Below are positions 25,214 to 37,567 of a DNA stretch of 64,000 nucleotides, piece by piece. The number at the start of each line of letters is the position of its first letter. Position 1 is the first letter of the stretch. Below the pieces are notes generated by a model. That model searched no databases, had not been told where the DNA came from, and was given only the letters and a program-made list of their open reading frames with translations. This DNA comes from Amoebophrya sp. A120 (Eukaryota; Protista; Dinoflagellata): assembly GCA_905178155.1 (NCBI GenBank), contig CAJINV010000002.1, positions 10,890,634 to 10,954,633 of the forward strand. The letters are read 5' to 3'. Made by a program: the position numbers and the translations under genes.

Positions 25214-27235
25214 ATGGCGGCGGACAAGCAGAAGCGCCAGGCGGAGGCCCGGCGCAAGGAGGCGAAGCGACGGCTTTTGGAGCAGCAGCAACAGGCGGCG
25301 AAGAGCGCGGAGCTGCAGCGCGAGCGGGACGACCGCGAACTAGAGAAGGCGCGGGAGCTGCGACGCCTAGAGGAGCGACGGGACGCGGAGATCTTCGAAA
25401 CGGGCGGCGTGAAGATTCTCCGGCAGGGCTTGCACGTCATCCCCGACAGCCGAACGGACGACAAACTGGTGCTTCCGCCCTCCGTGTTTCAAGAACTGAA
25501 CAACCACCGGGTCTTCGAGCAGTTCGAGGGCCAAAACATGCGCGGCTCGGTGCTCACGTTCGAAGTCACCGTGTCGTCGGCCTCAGCAGCAGAGCCGGTG
25601 ATTATAGAGCAGGTCACCACTGGTGCAGCAGGTGATGTGGCGGGAACGAGCGGCGCGACATCAACATCAACTACAGTTATAGCGACCACGCACTGTGGCG
25701 TCGCGGAATTTACCGCCGACGAAAACACGGTGCGTTTCGGGCCGAAGGTGTTGTTTTCCCTGATGGCGCAGTGCGGAAACATAAAGCCGGAGCGGGTGAA
25801 TATTAGGTACAAGCAGCTCTCGCGCTACAACCGGTGCCGCTGCACCTTTCAGCCGAAAGGGGCCGGGTTCTTCCAGCAAGCGGAAAGTACTAGCGCAAAC
25901 AGTGGAGAGTTGGTAGGTCCTCAGGTGGTCAACATCGATTTGCGATCGGTGCTGGAGGCACAGCTGCAGTTCCACACGTGCCTGACGGAAAACGACGTGG
26001 TGCCGGTGCGGCACGAAAACAATACCTACTACCTGCAAGCGAAGCTGCTCGAACCGGACGACGCACTGCTGATCCTGAACACCGAGATGGAGATCGACGT
26101 CCTGCCGTCCGAACAGGTCGAATTTGAGCAGAAGCTGCTGGAGCGAAAGCGGCAAAAAGAGGAGCGGCTGAAGGCTATGTACGACGAAGAGGTGGAGCGC
26201 CGTAGGAAGTTTGAAGAAAAAGATCTTGCGGAAATGGAAGAACTAATGAAGAGCGCAGGTTCTGCTTCAATCTCGGCGAGCAATCTGCGACCAGTGGAAG
26301 TGCAGGTGCGCTTGCCGAACGGGAAAGCCATATCTAGGACGTTCTTCGTCGCGGCGAACGCATCTTCATCAAGCGCGGCATCGAACAGTACAGGAGCTTC
26401 CTCCGCCGCCGCGGGAGCAGCTGGTGGCGCGGCTGCGGCGAGCGGGAATTGTTCTACTGTGACCAAGGAAAGCAAGCTCGTTGATGTGTTTCACTGGTTG
26501 TCCCACACACCCGCCACAATGGAGTACACGTACCGGTGCGCGCAGAAGCACCAGCTGGTGCAATCCTGGCCGGGGCATCGACTGGTTCTGACTTATGACG
26601 ACCACCGGGACAAGACGTTGTTCGAGCTCGGGCTGCGCGGGCGGCGCGAGCAGCTGTTTTTCAAAGCTGTGAATGACGCCGCGGAGGAAGGTACTGCACC
26701 TGACACACAACCAAGAGCCGAGCCGCATGACCCTGCTTCTAAATTGTCCCCGTCTTCGGACCACCGGCTCCGCACTCAGTCAAAAGAGAGCAACAGCATG
26801 GGTGTCTCCGCGCCCGACCTACCGCGGCTGCCCTCCGACTGGCGGGACGCGGGCACCGACGCATTCGCGCGCATCGACGAGCAGACTCCGATGGTGGTTG
26901 ACAGCACGACACCGGCCAATGGGGAGGGGGGCCAGGGCCGGAGTGGGCTAGATGCTGCTGCAAACGGCGAAAGTGGCGAAACAAACAAACCCGAACCACT
27001 GGATTCCGTTACGATTTTCCACATGCTGCGGCAAGCCCCCGGCCAGCACACCCCAGAGGAAGACGCAGCGTACGCGAAGAAATGGGGCCGGGAACTGCAA
27101 CAACTGGCCGAGCTGGGATTCGGACCGGAGGTGTGGATCACCCGCTGCATTCCGTTCTTAAAGAAATGGAACGGAACCATGCCCCGTGTGGTAAACAGCT
27201 TGATGCTCGAGGAGGAAGTCCCGAAAATACACTGA
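25214..27235 (+). CDS. UFD1-domain protein with UBX and C-terminal UBA-like domains (p97/Cdc48 cofactor-like), intronless
   Basis: UFD1 motifs DKLVLPPSVFQEL, THCGVAEFTADE, TFQPKGAGF, LRSVLEAQLQFHTCLTEND and ILNTEMEID. UBX-like VQVRLPNGKAISRTF...QSWPG. UBA-like RELQQLAELGF...WNGTMPRVVNSL. Confidence 0.85.
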   Translation: MAADKQKRQAEARRKEAKRRLLEQQQQAAKSAELQRERDDRELEKARELRRLEERRDAEIFETGGVKILRQGLHVIPDSRTDDKLVLPPSVFQELNNHRVFEQFEGQNMRGSVLTFEVTVSSASAAEPVIIEQVTTGAAGDVAGTSGATSTSTTVIATTHCGVAEFTADENTVRFGPKVLFSLMAQCGNIKPERVNIRYKQLSRYNRCRCTFQPKGAGFFQQAESTSANSGELVGPQVVNIDLRSVLEAQLQFHTCLTENDVVPVRHENNTYYLQAKLLEPDDALLILNTEMEIDVLPSEQVEFEQKLLERKRQKEERLKAMYDEEVERRRKFEEKDLAEMEELMKSAGSASISASNLRPVEVQVRLPNGKAISRTFFVAANASSSSAASNSTGASSAAAGAAGGAAAASGNCSTVTKESKLVDVFHWLSHTPATMEYTYRCAQKHQLVQSWPGHRLVLTYDDHRDKTLFELGLRGRREQLFFKAVNDAAEEGTAPDTQPRAEPHDPASKLSPSSDHRLRTQSKESNSMGVSAPDLPRLPSDWRDAGTDAFARIDEQTPMVVDSTTPANGEGGQGRSGLDAAANGESGETNKPEPLDSVTIFHMLRQAPGQHTPEEDAAYAKKWGRELQQLAELGFGPEVWITRCIPFLKKWNGTMPRVVNSLMLEEEVPKIH

Positions 27236-27979
27236 CCGACCATGATAAACCCGTTCCTACCGACGTTTTCAACGATTGTATCAGTTTACGTACAAGAGCT
27301 TTGCGATTGGTTCTTCCTTCGGTACAAGGAGTTTCAAACTCGCGTTGATTCACATGGACGCCCGATTTGGACCTCTCGAGCTCAGATTTTTTTTTTGTCA
27401 TGATGAGAAAAACGATTATACCCTCCACTGCTGTTTATTCCCTTCGAATCTTGATACAAACACAAACTGCCAGCATAAATAGAAGTCAAAAAATGAACAC
27501 TACCAGAAAGTACTACAAAGAAAAGCATCACGACCAGAAAAAGGAAAGCCAACGGGCTGCATTTTTTTTCGGGGGAAACAGTGCACGATCCCGCTGAGGC
27601 GAGCGCAAGAGCCGTAGTTTCTTCCAGTTTCACTACTATCGTGGTGGGAACAGGAAACCCCGAAAGACGGCCTTGGTGAGAGAGGAGTCTTCCTATTGAG
27701 TGTGTTTTCTCAGCAATTTACTGCTTCTGCTGAGCGGAGAGGCGCGTAGCAGATGAGTGTGAGTCCTTTTTGCGGCCTTATGACCACATCTAAAAAAATG
27801 TAGTTTTTCTCTTCGTTTGGTTCTTCAGAAATAAAAACATTGGCTTCATCTTCAGACAGTTGCCTTCGGGTGATGCGTTGTCTTTTTACTGCTGAATACT
27901 GTATATTACTAAATCTGTTCACGGGGCGGAAGAGGGACTTCGACGCACACTTCTAGCGTCCAGTGGCAGCACCACGACC

Positions 27980-30793
27980 ATGGTGACGTGCTGTGCCTGC
28001 TCACGGAAAGCGAAGAAGGCGGCATCGGCGCAGAAGGCCCAGCAACCCGCACCTGCTTCGCCCACGACAGAGGACGGCGGGTATGACAGTTGGGCGGAGG
28101 AGGATCCAAACAGCGCAACGGATTCCGAACAGCGTCCAACGGAGCCGCGATTGACAGAGCTGCAAGATGCAGCAACTTCCGCCACCGGCAGTCCGAAGAA
28201 GAGGAGAAAATTGGAGGGAAATTATAAGAGTACCAGCCCGGCGCCGGCGCTGCACGATGCTGCGAAAATCGCTGCCAAGGAGGACGAGGCGGAGGTGGCT
28301 CGGATAGATCATCTCTTGTCCTATCTCCGCTTGCCCGAGGCTCATGCGCGCATAGCGAAATTCCTTGCCGTCGAAGACCCAGCAAACGACAATAAAGAGC
28401 CGCCAGAAAATCCCAGAGCACCGAATGAGGAGTGTGGAGTCGCAGAGACGCCGGAAGTCGTGGTAGGGATGAAGCCAGCGGAAAACCACGCTACAAGTAG
28501 CACTGAAAAAGAGCAGCCAGGAGAGGCCAACGTTGCAGGAAAAAAATCTTCCGAGCAGGTGCAGGACCAACCCGATGGGGAAAGCCTGGCTTCAAAACCT
28601 GTCTCGGAGAAAGGAGCAAGAGGTCCTCGTCGCCAAGCGCGAAAACGGTTGCTGCAGAAACGAATCGGGGGTGCGCGGCTCAAATCCTTGCCGTTTGGCA
28701 TTCAAAAGCTGCAGCAGTGTATTTCGCTGATTTTCGACGAAGACACCGCCGCAGACCACCTCGCCTTTGTGTACGAATACGAAGGAATCGTTTTCGACTT
28801 GCGCCTGAAAATCTTCCCAGACGGGTTCATGAAGGTACAATACCTGATACGAGCACTTATTTTCACAGAAATCGTGTGTGAATTCGGCGCAGAGAGTGGT
28901 CTCAAAAACCGAATTACTTTCAATGACAGTATTCGACTCTGGACTCGATTGCCAGTCAGTGGTGAACAGAAACACTGATAGATAGATCGCATATTTGAAT
29001 TTATCCCAGATCTTCGTTGATTGTGGTGTGGTGCCTCTCGATTTGTGGAAGGTCGCGACATTTATGGCGGAAATCGAGTTGTTGTCTTCGTGGGCCCCGC
29101 TTTTGAAGCATTCCGAGATTTTGAAGGAATTTCAAGGTTACGCAGACCTGCTCTGGAAGAGCAAGTGCAAAATGCCGATACCCTTTCACCCAGGCTTCGA
29201 ATGCTTCCACCAGCGGTTCTGTTACGATATGCTGACCAAGGAAGGGCTAGACGAGGACCCAGAGAAGTCACCTGCTGCCGGCCCAGCTGCGTCCGCGACA
29301 AAGAGAGCTACAACGTCAGGCGCGCGCTTGCCCGACGGCATGAAGGGTTTGTTGATCGCCGAGTTTTCCCCGGACCAGCTAAGCTGGCGTGGGTACGAAA
29401 TTCCCGAACCGCCGAAAAAGGGACCAACTAGGGTACTTACTACTTAAAAACCGAAAGAAAATTCTATGTGGCACAGCGAGAACTATGATTAAACAGTTTT
29501 GGTCTTTCTTGAAGCCTCCCACCCTTGCAGGTTGAGATGAAGGAGTGAAGCATCAGTCCTTGTTTTGCTTTAAAAGTCGCAAGATACACGTAGAGGCAGA
29601 AAACGTACAACGCATGTTTGCGTCATAAAGTAAAACCGTGGAGAAGAGGAGTACGTAGTGCGCCTGGGCACTGCAGAGTTACATTTTCTTCGCCCGGCAC
29701 AGAAGGAGCAAATGAGTGCTGGATAAACTAAGAAAGTCTGCAGATTCCTTTCCACAACTACATGAGGTGATGGCTCGTATGCTTGCGTACCTGGCCTATC
29801 CAGTGAAGCTGCAGGGCTCCGATGGGGAGGTCGAAGGATTTTTGGTGAAGGCGGGTCTCGAGGCCGATTTCCAGTTGCCGCGTTGGATGATCCCAAACGG
29901 GTTGATTCGGTCCACGCTGCGCATGGTGGTGCGCACGATGATAGGGAAGTTGATGACCATGACAAAAAATTGGGACGACGGGCCCTATCCCGAACAGCAA
30001 AAAATCCGGCAGGTACTATGAATCGTTTGATGTAAGTTGTAAGTTTTTACGAACCACGCGGAGAAACTCAGCCTGCCAGTACTACCTGCTGTGAATCTTT
30101 GATAAGAGCCAGGTCGTGCTTTTGTCGTATGTTGACATCATAGGACCAAGACGCGAAGTTTTTGTCTGGATTGCGAAAATATGAACCTGGCAACAATTGT
30201 TTTTTGTGAGCCCAAGTGAAAATGATATAGCATGATGCACATCCACCACTGTTTTTCAGGAACTTTACAATGTGGTGCGCGACCGCATTAGGGAACACAC
30301 GGTGGCCATTTCTGTACCCGACAAGAAGCTGCTGGAAATCAGCCGCGAACTTACCTCGGAAAACCGGAAAAAGTCCGAGGCGCGCTTGGGGAAAGACCTC
30401 CCGCGGGCAGAGGACGAAGAAGGAGTAAAGATGCAGCCAGGCGAGGCGCGAGCCTCGCGAACTTCTTCTGCGGGCGATCATCCAGCACGAAAATATTCCA
30501 CGAGCTCAAGTGCGAAAACAAGTACTAGTACAAACCAGCCAGGGCCCTCCGGTACTATCGCTCCAGCGCAGTCCAGCGACGTGGTGATTGACGTACAGGC
30601 TGGCGGTGAAGGTGAATTTTCACCAGGGAACAAGAACGATACTGACGACCCGCAGAAATTTTGGCGACCCACAACGAAATTAGGCGAAGATCGAACCTCT
30701 GAGGCTGTCGAGAAAAGCCCCGATACGGAAGTGCCCAGGGAGTTCGGGTCGAGAGAGGAGCGGGATTTTGGCAAACCGCTTGGGTACGTGTGA
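27980..30793 (+). CDS. START/SRPBCC-like lipid-binding domain protein; exons about 27980-28834, 29010-29432, 29767-30012, (possible micro-exon 30107-30112), 30260-30793
   Basis: START-like blocks VPLDLWKVATFMAEIELLSSWAP and ADFQLPRWMIPNGLIRSTLR, plus a C-terminal helix ELYNVVRDRI. The N-terminus is Cys-rich (MVTCCAC), suggesting possible acylation. Introns are phase-0 GT-AG, one with a GAG acceptor. Confidence 0.6.
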
Positions 30794-32118
30794 GCACCGG
30801 CACGTGTCATTTCATTCGCGGACAAAGACAGCGCGTTCGTAGCGCCACCGATGTCTTGCCTCTTGTTTTCGCGGAAGTACAACAAGTAGCTACTTGATCC
30901 GTGAAAGTGAAAAGCAAACGTACAAGCACCTGCAAAACCTCTTGCTTGTCTACTTACACTTGTTCGAGGGCACATCGGGAATGGGGACAAATAACGTGAG
31001 CGGCGAGGCAAAGGCACTCAATATTTGCCCCCGTTCCCGTTGTGTCAGCAGAATGTATGATTTCAATGTCCTGTGTTGTCTCATCTCATCTTCGGAAGTA
31101 CTTTTCTTGCGAGCGGCTCATCTCGCTGGACATCGGAAAAGAAAAAAATGCACAAAAAAGAAAAAAGAAATACAATTTTTGTCTTGATGCTGCGCCAATC
31201 GTGATGCGTGTCTTTGTCGTACTATGGTACAACTCGAATGATAAATATTGTTCCCGTTCCATGTATCGGTCGCCATTTCTGCTGCTAGCTGCTTTATCTC
31301 CTCTTTTCTGGGAAATAGAAAGCTAAAGATATTTTGCGCTGCTACCACGCACCGTCATTGTAGATTCGCCGCTACCTCCACGGCCACGCACTGCTGTATT
31401 TTCTGTCCGTCTCAAACACGTACACATTCCATTATGGTGTAAACGTGCGGGTTACTTCATCTAGCGGTACCAGGAACTGCACACGTATGATAATGTCACT
31501 GCTCCGTGCATATCACGATTCCAAACGTTCGTTTCCGTAGCCGTACAAAATTTGAAACAAGAGAATGCTCTCGTCACCGTACATCCCCCGACTGAGTCGA
31601 CTAGTAGGGCCAACACGTCAAGGAGTTTGATGAAACATCATGATTTTATAAGAGTAGACGCGCGTATTACGTATGTGAAACACTTTTTTAATTAGAGCTC
31701 CTGGTCCTGCCGGACTGTAGTATACCGCAACGTCAGAAGATGGAGCGATCAACAGGTCTGATGGTCAGATCGAGTGCCTTAAGTTTGAACATTCAGTCAA
31801 CTTGCACACAAGGACAGCATAAAAAATTATTTGACTTCCAGGACCACGCTCGTGACAGTATTCATTAAAGCCCTCAACATATGCAGCATATCACAAGTCG
31901 TCGACGATAGAAGACTCCTGCGACCTTAAGAGTGCACTAGATGATCAGATCTTCCGCTTATTGATTTGTTTTCTTATAGGAATTTTATTTAAGGTTTTGG
32001 TCATTTTTTTCAAGTAGACGACGTCTTTTAGAAGTTGTCCTCGTCTTTCCGGGTAGAAAGTTGTTGAATAGGTAGAGTACCTTCTTCTTTAGCAGAGTAG
32101 CAACATCGAAAATCGAAA

Positions 32119-32472
32119 ATGTCGGCGGACGTGCAGACGTTTTCGATGCTGAAGGACGACGCGAACAAGATCGTCGCGGATGCGGTATCAGCGGTGGTGG
32201 GACCGCAGTCAACGGGGGTCGAGGTCGAGTACGACCCCAAGCTGGTCCAGACCTGGATTGAGAAGATCAACACCGAGATTCTGGACAAGCTGCAGCAGAT
32301 GTGCCAGTCCTTCAAGTTCATCGTGTCCACCAACGTGGTCCAGAAAAACGGGGCGGGCATCCACGTCTCCAGTACCTGCTTCTGGGAACAGGCCACGGAC
32401 GGAAACCTTACCTTTCGCTGGGAAAACAAGACGATGTACGTCATCATCCAGGTCTTCGGCCTGGCTCTGTAG
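32119..32472 (+). CDS. DYNLT1: Dynein light chain, Tctex-1 type
   Basis: 117-aa intronless ORF with Tctex-1 hallmarks YDPKLVQTW, FKFIVSTNVVQKNGAGIHVSSTCFWEQATDG and WENKTMYVIIQVFGL; strong GC3 bias. Confidence 0.93.
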   Translation: MSADVQTFSMLKDDANKIVADAVSAVVGPQSTGVEVEYDPKLVQTWIEKINTEILDKLQQMCQSFKFIVSTNVVQKNGAGIHVSSTCFWEQATDGNLTFRWENKTMYVIIQVFGLAL

Positions 32473-34539
32473 GAGCTACCTCTTCTTCATCCGACTAGGT
32501 GAAGGTTGTTTTATTCTACACGCGGTTGAAATTTTTTATCTGGTGGACGCGATGTTGCTGGAACAACTACCTTCTGATATCATCAACATGTACAAATCAG
32601 TCTGGACTACAACAAGAAATTGCTACAGTAGTAGGTCTGTCTCAAAAAGTGGCATGTGGTGGAAAAGAACACCATATCGCCGCCGACTTCTATTTCACAA
32701 AATTTCTCTTTGAATAAAAACACCCGTTCTTCATCTTCTTTTCGGCAACTACTAAGCAAAGCCCGCATTGTATTTTTCATATCTTGCCGATGCCGTCGCC
32801 TCCCTCTCCCTCACCGAAGAGTTCAACATGTTTTACCCATTTTGCCGACCCAGTCAGCAGTTCGTTGTCTACCCACCCAGGAGAAAGCAAATAGAAAATA
32901 CTCGCGCAGATGCAGAAGCTTCTTTATTACGTTGAGAGGAGGAATACGAATATCAACATTCTAGAAGGGTCGAGGTCGTCGAGAAAAGCAACTTTTGTTT
33001 CTTTACTGTAGAACAAACAGCGACAGCCGGAGCTAAAGCTATTCGGGTCAAAAACTGTTCTAGAAACGGCGACGCAAAAACCTGGTTACACGCACTCAGA
33101 TTTTGTGAAGGCGAACACAGTTCTAGCGCTAGCTACTCGCGTCGATGACAGCTGTGCCCGCTGCGTGCTCCTTCGTCCTTTTCACCCTTTGTTGGTATTT
33201 AAAAGATAGAAGCACCTCGCTAGTAATTCTGTTTGATTCGTGTTATGTTGCTTAATTATGAAATCCCAAAGCCAAACAAATTTCACCCCGCGACCTTGTG
33301 ATTTTCTTTTCGCTATGATGTCAGTCTGCAGACATGCATACTTATGAGACTGGTGTGGTCCCCAGCAGAGAGACCCCCACGTGCGGTGCGGACCAAAAAT
33401 CAAAAAGAGAGCCAGGAAGCCTCCGCTGCGCTTTGCCGGAGTAGGGTGTTCGACCGTGATCCGGTTTTCGGACTTTCAGTCATGGTTGTGAAATTCGGCA
33501 TCACTGGTGTAGGTGTTTGTTTTGTGTCGTGGTTCTGGTCGTCCGGATCTCGAGTAGTTTTGATGTCGCGGGAAGACTTTGCAAGGCCGTCGCGCATCTT
33601 TTTACCGAGCTGACTCATTAAATCATCAAGACGCAGGCGCTGCTGGCGCTTGCCCGCTACGGTTGGGCGCTAGTGCATCTGAGCGAGGAGCTTCAAAGAT
33701 CACAGTCTGCCACTACTTGGGTATATGTTTTGGGATTTTACTTTTCAATATAAGAAAGTGAATTCGCCCGCTAGGGTCCCGTCTCGGCGGACTAAAAATT
33801 GCAGATGAACGTGTGATATATTGAAATGAAAGATGCGGACGTATAAAGATGCAAGCATTTTTTGAAAAAGAGAAGGCTGACCAAGGTCCAAATGAAAGTC
33901 GCACTGTTGTTTTCCGCAGATTAACATAGTTTATGCTCCTTGGTAGAACGGAGGGACGATCTCGATCTCCAATGCTAGTCGCATTTTTTAGTGAGTTTCA
34001 GATATGCTGGCGTGTTGCAATTTGATTATACACTCCACAATTGTCGGGATCGCTGGGACTTTTGCTTTTCGCTGTATGACAAACTCAGGTTTCATCGAAA
34101 GGCGCTTCCCTATGCAAAATTTTGATTCAGGAAACTAGCTATCAAGAGGCACGACGACCTGCACATGGGTTCCTTGTTTGGTGATCATTTTTATGAAGCG
34201 CATAGTAATACTGAGTATGAGTTGTTGTTTATCCCCATTCATTGTTCATGCCTTGTCAGCTCTTGCTACCGAGTCCAACCATCAAACATGTGTGCAATAA
34301 AAAAGCGACCTGTGTGCTGAATTTGAATAATGTACATCACTGTCAAGATGGGAATGGGATATGAAATGATGCGAATTAGTAGCGCGGAAAGGTACTTCTA
34401 AGACTAACTACACAACGAAGCTGCAAAAGCGTTCGAGCTACTGCTTCTGCTGACTCTCAGCGGAACCTACTGTTGCAGGCGGGAGTTGGAGTAGATTGAG
34501 ATTCTATCTGTCGTCCGTGTGCGCTCTCGGTGCTGCAGG

Positions 34540-37500
34540 ATGGGACGTAAGAAGAACCTTGGGCAAAAGGAAAAGGAGCCCGTGGGGCCCGATGGAAAGA
34601 GGCGATTCAAGTACTTCAACTACTACGATGACAGGGAATTTGAGACGGAAGAGCAACTGATCCAATACCAGCGCCAACGGCACTTCCGATGCCCCGAATG
34701 CGAAGTAAAGGCCCACTCCGCCGGCGCGCTTGCGGTACAGTGCTTTATTTTTCTTTGTGGCCGTCGTCGTTGCATGCATCCAAATCCATTCGAATGTGTC
34801 ATAGCTGCATCTTTTTTCCGGTAGCACCACGGTAGGAGCGCTAATTTCATTAGATCAGATAAATCTCTACTGGTTTTTCTACGTATTTGTGTACAAATAC
34901 AACATGCTCTGGTGGTTTTCAGGTTCACATGGAGCAAGTACACGGACGGGTTTTGAAAGAAGTTCCGAATGCACTACCGGGCAGAAACGATCCGAGGATG
35001 TTAATCATCGGCTTGAAGGGAGTACCTCCCCACCTGCTGTGGCAAAAAGCCCAAGGCTACGAATTGGTTTCAAGCTCGTGTCGCCACCCCGATTGTCCTG
35101 CGAACTCGTCATGCAAATTGAAAGATGTTTATGTTTTGAATCAGAAGCCCAAATTCAGCTTCGGTACTGTTCTATGTAGTATTCAGCCGGGCACGGAGAT
35201 TGTACCCGTACAGGTTCGGAATTATGATTTTCAACGGCAAGAAGAAAGCAAAAAGAAAAATCAGATAAATTTTTGTTGTACCCTTACTTAGTGTCACTGC
35301 CTCGTTGCAAAAAGCGGAAAAATTGCATTTTGCTGTTGGGGGGAAAGCGGCACGTTGTTTTCGCTGTATAGCAGCACGGACTTTGAGGAACATGCCTTAA
35401 GGATAGTGCAACAAGAAATGAACAAAACGGGTGGGACCGCAGCTGCAGCAGCCGCGGGAGCTGCAGCCGGAGGCATGGCGGTCCCACCCATACAGCCCGG
35501 CATGATGATGCCTGGCGTGCTAGTGCCGCCACTAATGCCCCCCGGAGCTCCGGGGCGCTTGCAGGCACTGCCGCTACCCGGGATGATGATGCCCCCCGGC
35601 GCTCCGGGCGGTGCCGGGATGCCTGGTATTTTTATACACATAGATATTGTAGTGCTGCCCTTTTATGATCATTGCGCAAAAAGATTATCGTGATGTTGCC
35701 TGCTGCACAGTACGTTATGTCATTCAGCTGAAAACAGTTTCGCTCTGAAAAATCTTCATGCCGACGAAAGTCGAAAATTACCAAGAATGATTCTTGGTAA
35801 TTTTCGACTTTCGTCGGCATGAAGATTTTTCAGAGCGAAACTGTTTTCAGCTGGACGAGCCACCAGCGCCTCACTGTGGAATAATTGACACTAACTCATT
35901 GTCGCTCTTATGGAAAAAATTGAAAAAATGTCACAGGAATGCCACCGATGATGCCGCCAGGGACGATGCTGCCACAAATGATACCGGGAATGGGAGCTCC
36001 CATGTTGATGAATCCAATGATGGTTCCGCCTGGGCACGGTATGCCTGGCCTAACGAAAGGTGGCGGCGCGGCATCGTCAAGTAGCGCTCTGCCGTCGACA
36101 ATGCAGAGCGCTGCCGGAGCTCCTCCTGGTCCTGCAGGGCAAATGCAGGTACTCAAAACTTCTCGCATCGAAGAAGGTCGACTCTACCTTTGCAAGACAG
36201 CTTAGTCTTCTACTTTTAGTTTTACTTGGTGTTTTTCTTCAAGTATTTCTGTTTGCTATTGCGCTTGGGATTGAGGAAAGGGGACAAAAATAACCCTAAT
36301 AACAGGACCACTACGCGGCCGCCGCACGCGATAGGGACGACCAAGCATCGCACGAGCAGTCTAAGACGCCACAGAGCAGAAACCATAAGGGGACCACATC
36401 AAAGGGTCGCTATGACAAGAACACTGGCGGAATGATGAAGGGCACATCGGCCAACGCGGTTCCTCTAGGAGCGAACAAATTTGTAAATAATTTTTCCGCT
36501 GGCGGTGGAAGCAGCGAGGGAGCAGTGAACTACCCTGCCCCGGCCGATACGGGTGGAAGCAGAGCAAACGATAGCTCAACTACTGTCCCGCTGTTGTCCA
36601 GCGGCAATGTCGAAGATCTTCAGGGGAACAGAATACTGATGAACCACCCCGGAGGTCAGCACGGTCAGCACCAGCAAGGCGGCAATTTTCCGTCGCAAGT
36701 GCAGTCACAGACGCTCAACAACGTGAACTTCCCGGAACAAACCGGTGACCCACCACCACCCTTGTCGGTTTCGCAATTTCATCCCAGCATGACGCAACTG
36801 CCACAGCAAAGCAGCCTGCTGACCGGGAGCATGGGTCAGTTTGCTTACCGGCCGCCTCCTCCGAATCCTGGTTCGATACATCAACCGGGGACCGCGGCTC
36901 CCGCACTGGCACTGTCCAGCGGGACCACGGTGGGCATGAACCAGCATCAGCCGTCCCCCATGCCGGCTGCGGATCCGGTAGCGTCGCTTTCCCTGGGTCT
37001 TTCCGCCGCGCCGAAGAAAGCGGGCTCGGTCCTGTCCTCCGCGGCTGGCGGTGTGCAGCGAGAGAGATCTCCGCGACGGGGACCGCCCACTGGGCCAGAC
37101 GGAAATAATCACTTTTCAGCTACTGGCGGAGAGTTAATACAACAATTCCCCGCACCGGGCGGCCCTGGGGCGCGTCCCGGCTTTCCACCGCTGGTACTCA
37201 AAGCCGCAATTTTTGATGTGATAGAACGTGTTGCTGCTGCATCTTCGACAGCACCTCCTAGTTTGTTTTTTTTTGTGTTGTAAGTACATACAACTACGGG
37301 AGGACGTAACGCCAGCGACATTTATAATTCAAACTTTCACTTTGTCAGATCGCGAAAACCGCGGGTGGACCCTTCACGAGCTCCGTCGGGGTTGTCAAGG
37401 CGAGAGCGACAGCGGATCCCTACGGCTTCAAAATGGCCGAGGTGCAAAGCAATCAGGTTCTCAACTGGCCCTACATGTTTGTGCAGCCAGAGGAAATCCG

Positions 37501-37567
37501 GGCGTCCAAGGTGCCCGACCTACGCATGGAAGTAAAGTATGGCATGGATGACGGCACAAAGCCCTGA
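34540..37567 (+). CDS. ZNF207: ZNF207/BuGZ (SUF4-like) zinc-finger protein; exons 34540-34734, 34923-~35077 (3' end uncertain), ~35372-35625, 35937-36148, 36306-37193, 37349-37567
   Basis: The N-terminus MGRKK...DREFETEEQLIQYQRQRHFRCPEC...AGALAVHMEQVH...VPNALPGR...IIGLKGVP follows the ZNF207 consensus. The middle is Pro/Met/Gly-rich, and the C-terminus has a GLEBS-like LNWPYMFVQPEEIRA. Confidence 0.85.
35725..35853. repeat. Perfect 129-bp palindrome (64-bp arms, 1-nt centre) inside intron 35626-35936
   Basis: 35725-35788 is the exact reverse complement of 35790-35853 (checked base by base). Both ends are CAGCTG. Confidence 0.97.

Noticed and set aside
31535-31543. CCGTAGCC matching the 5' part of the spliced leader (also near 6027)
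   Set aside because: The match is only 8-9 nt and does not continue into ATTTTGGCTCAAG.
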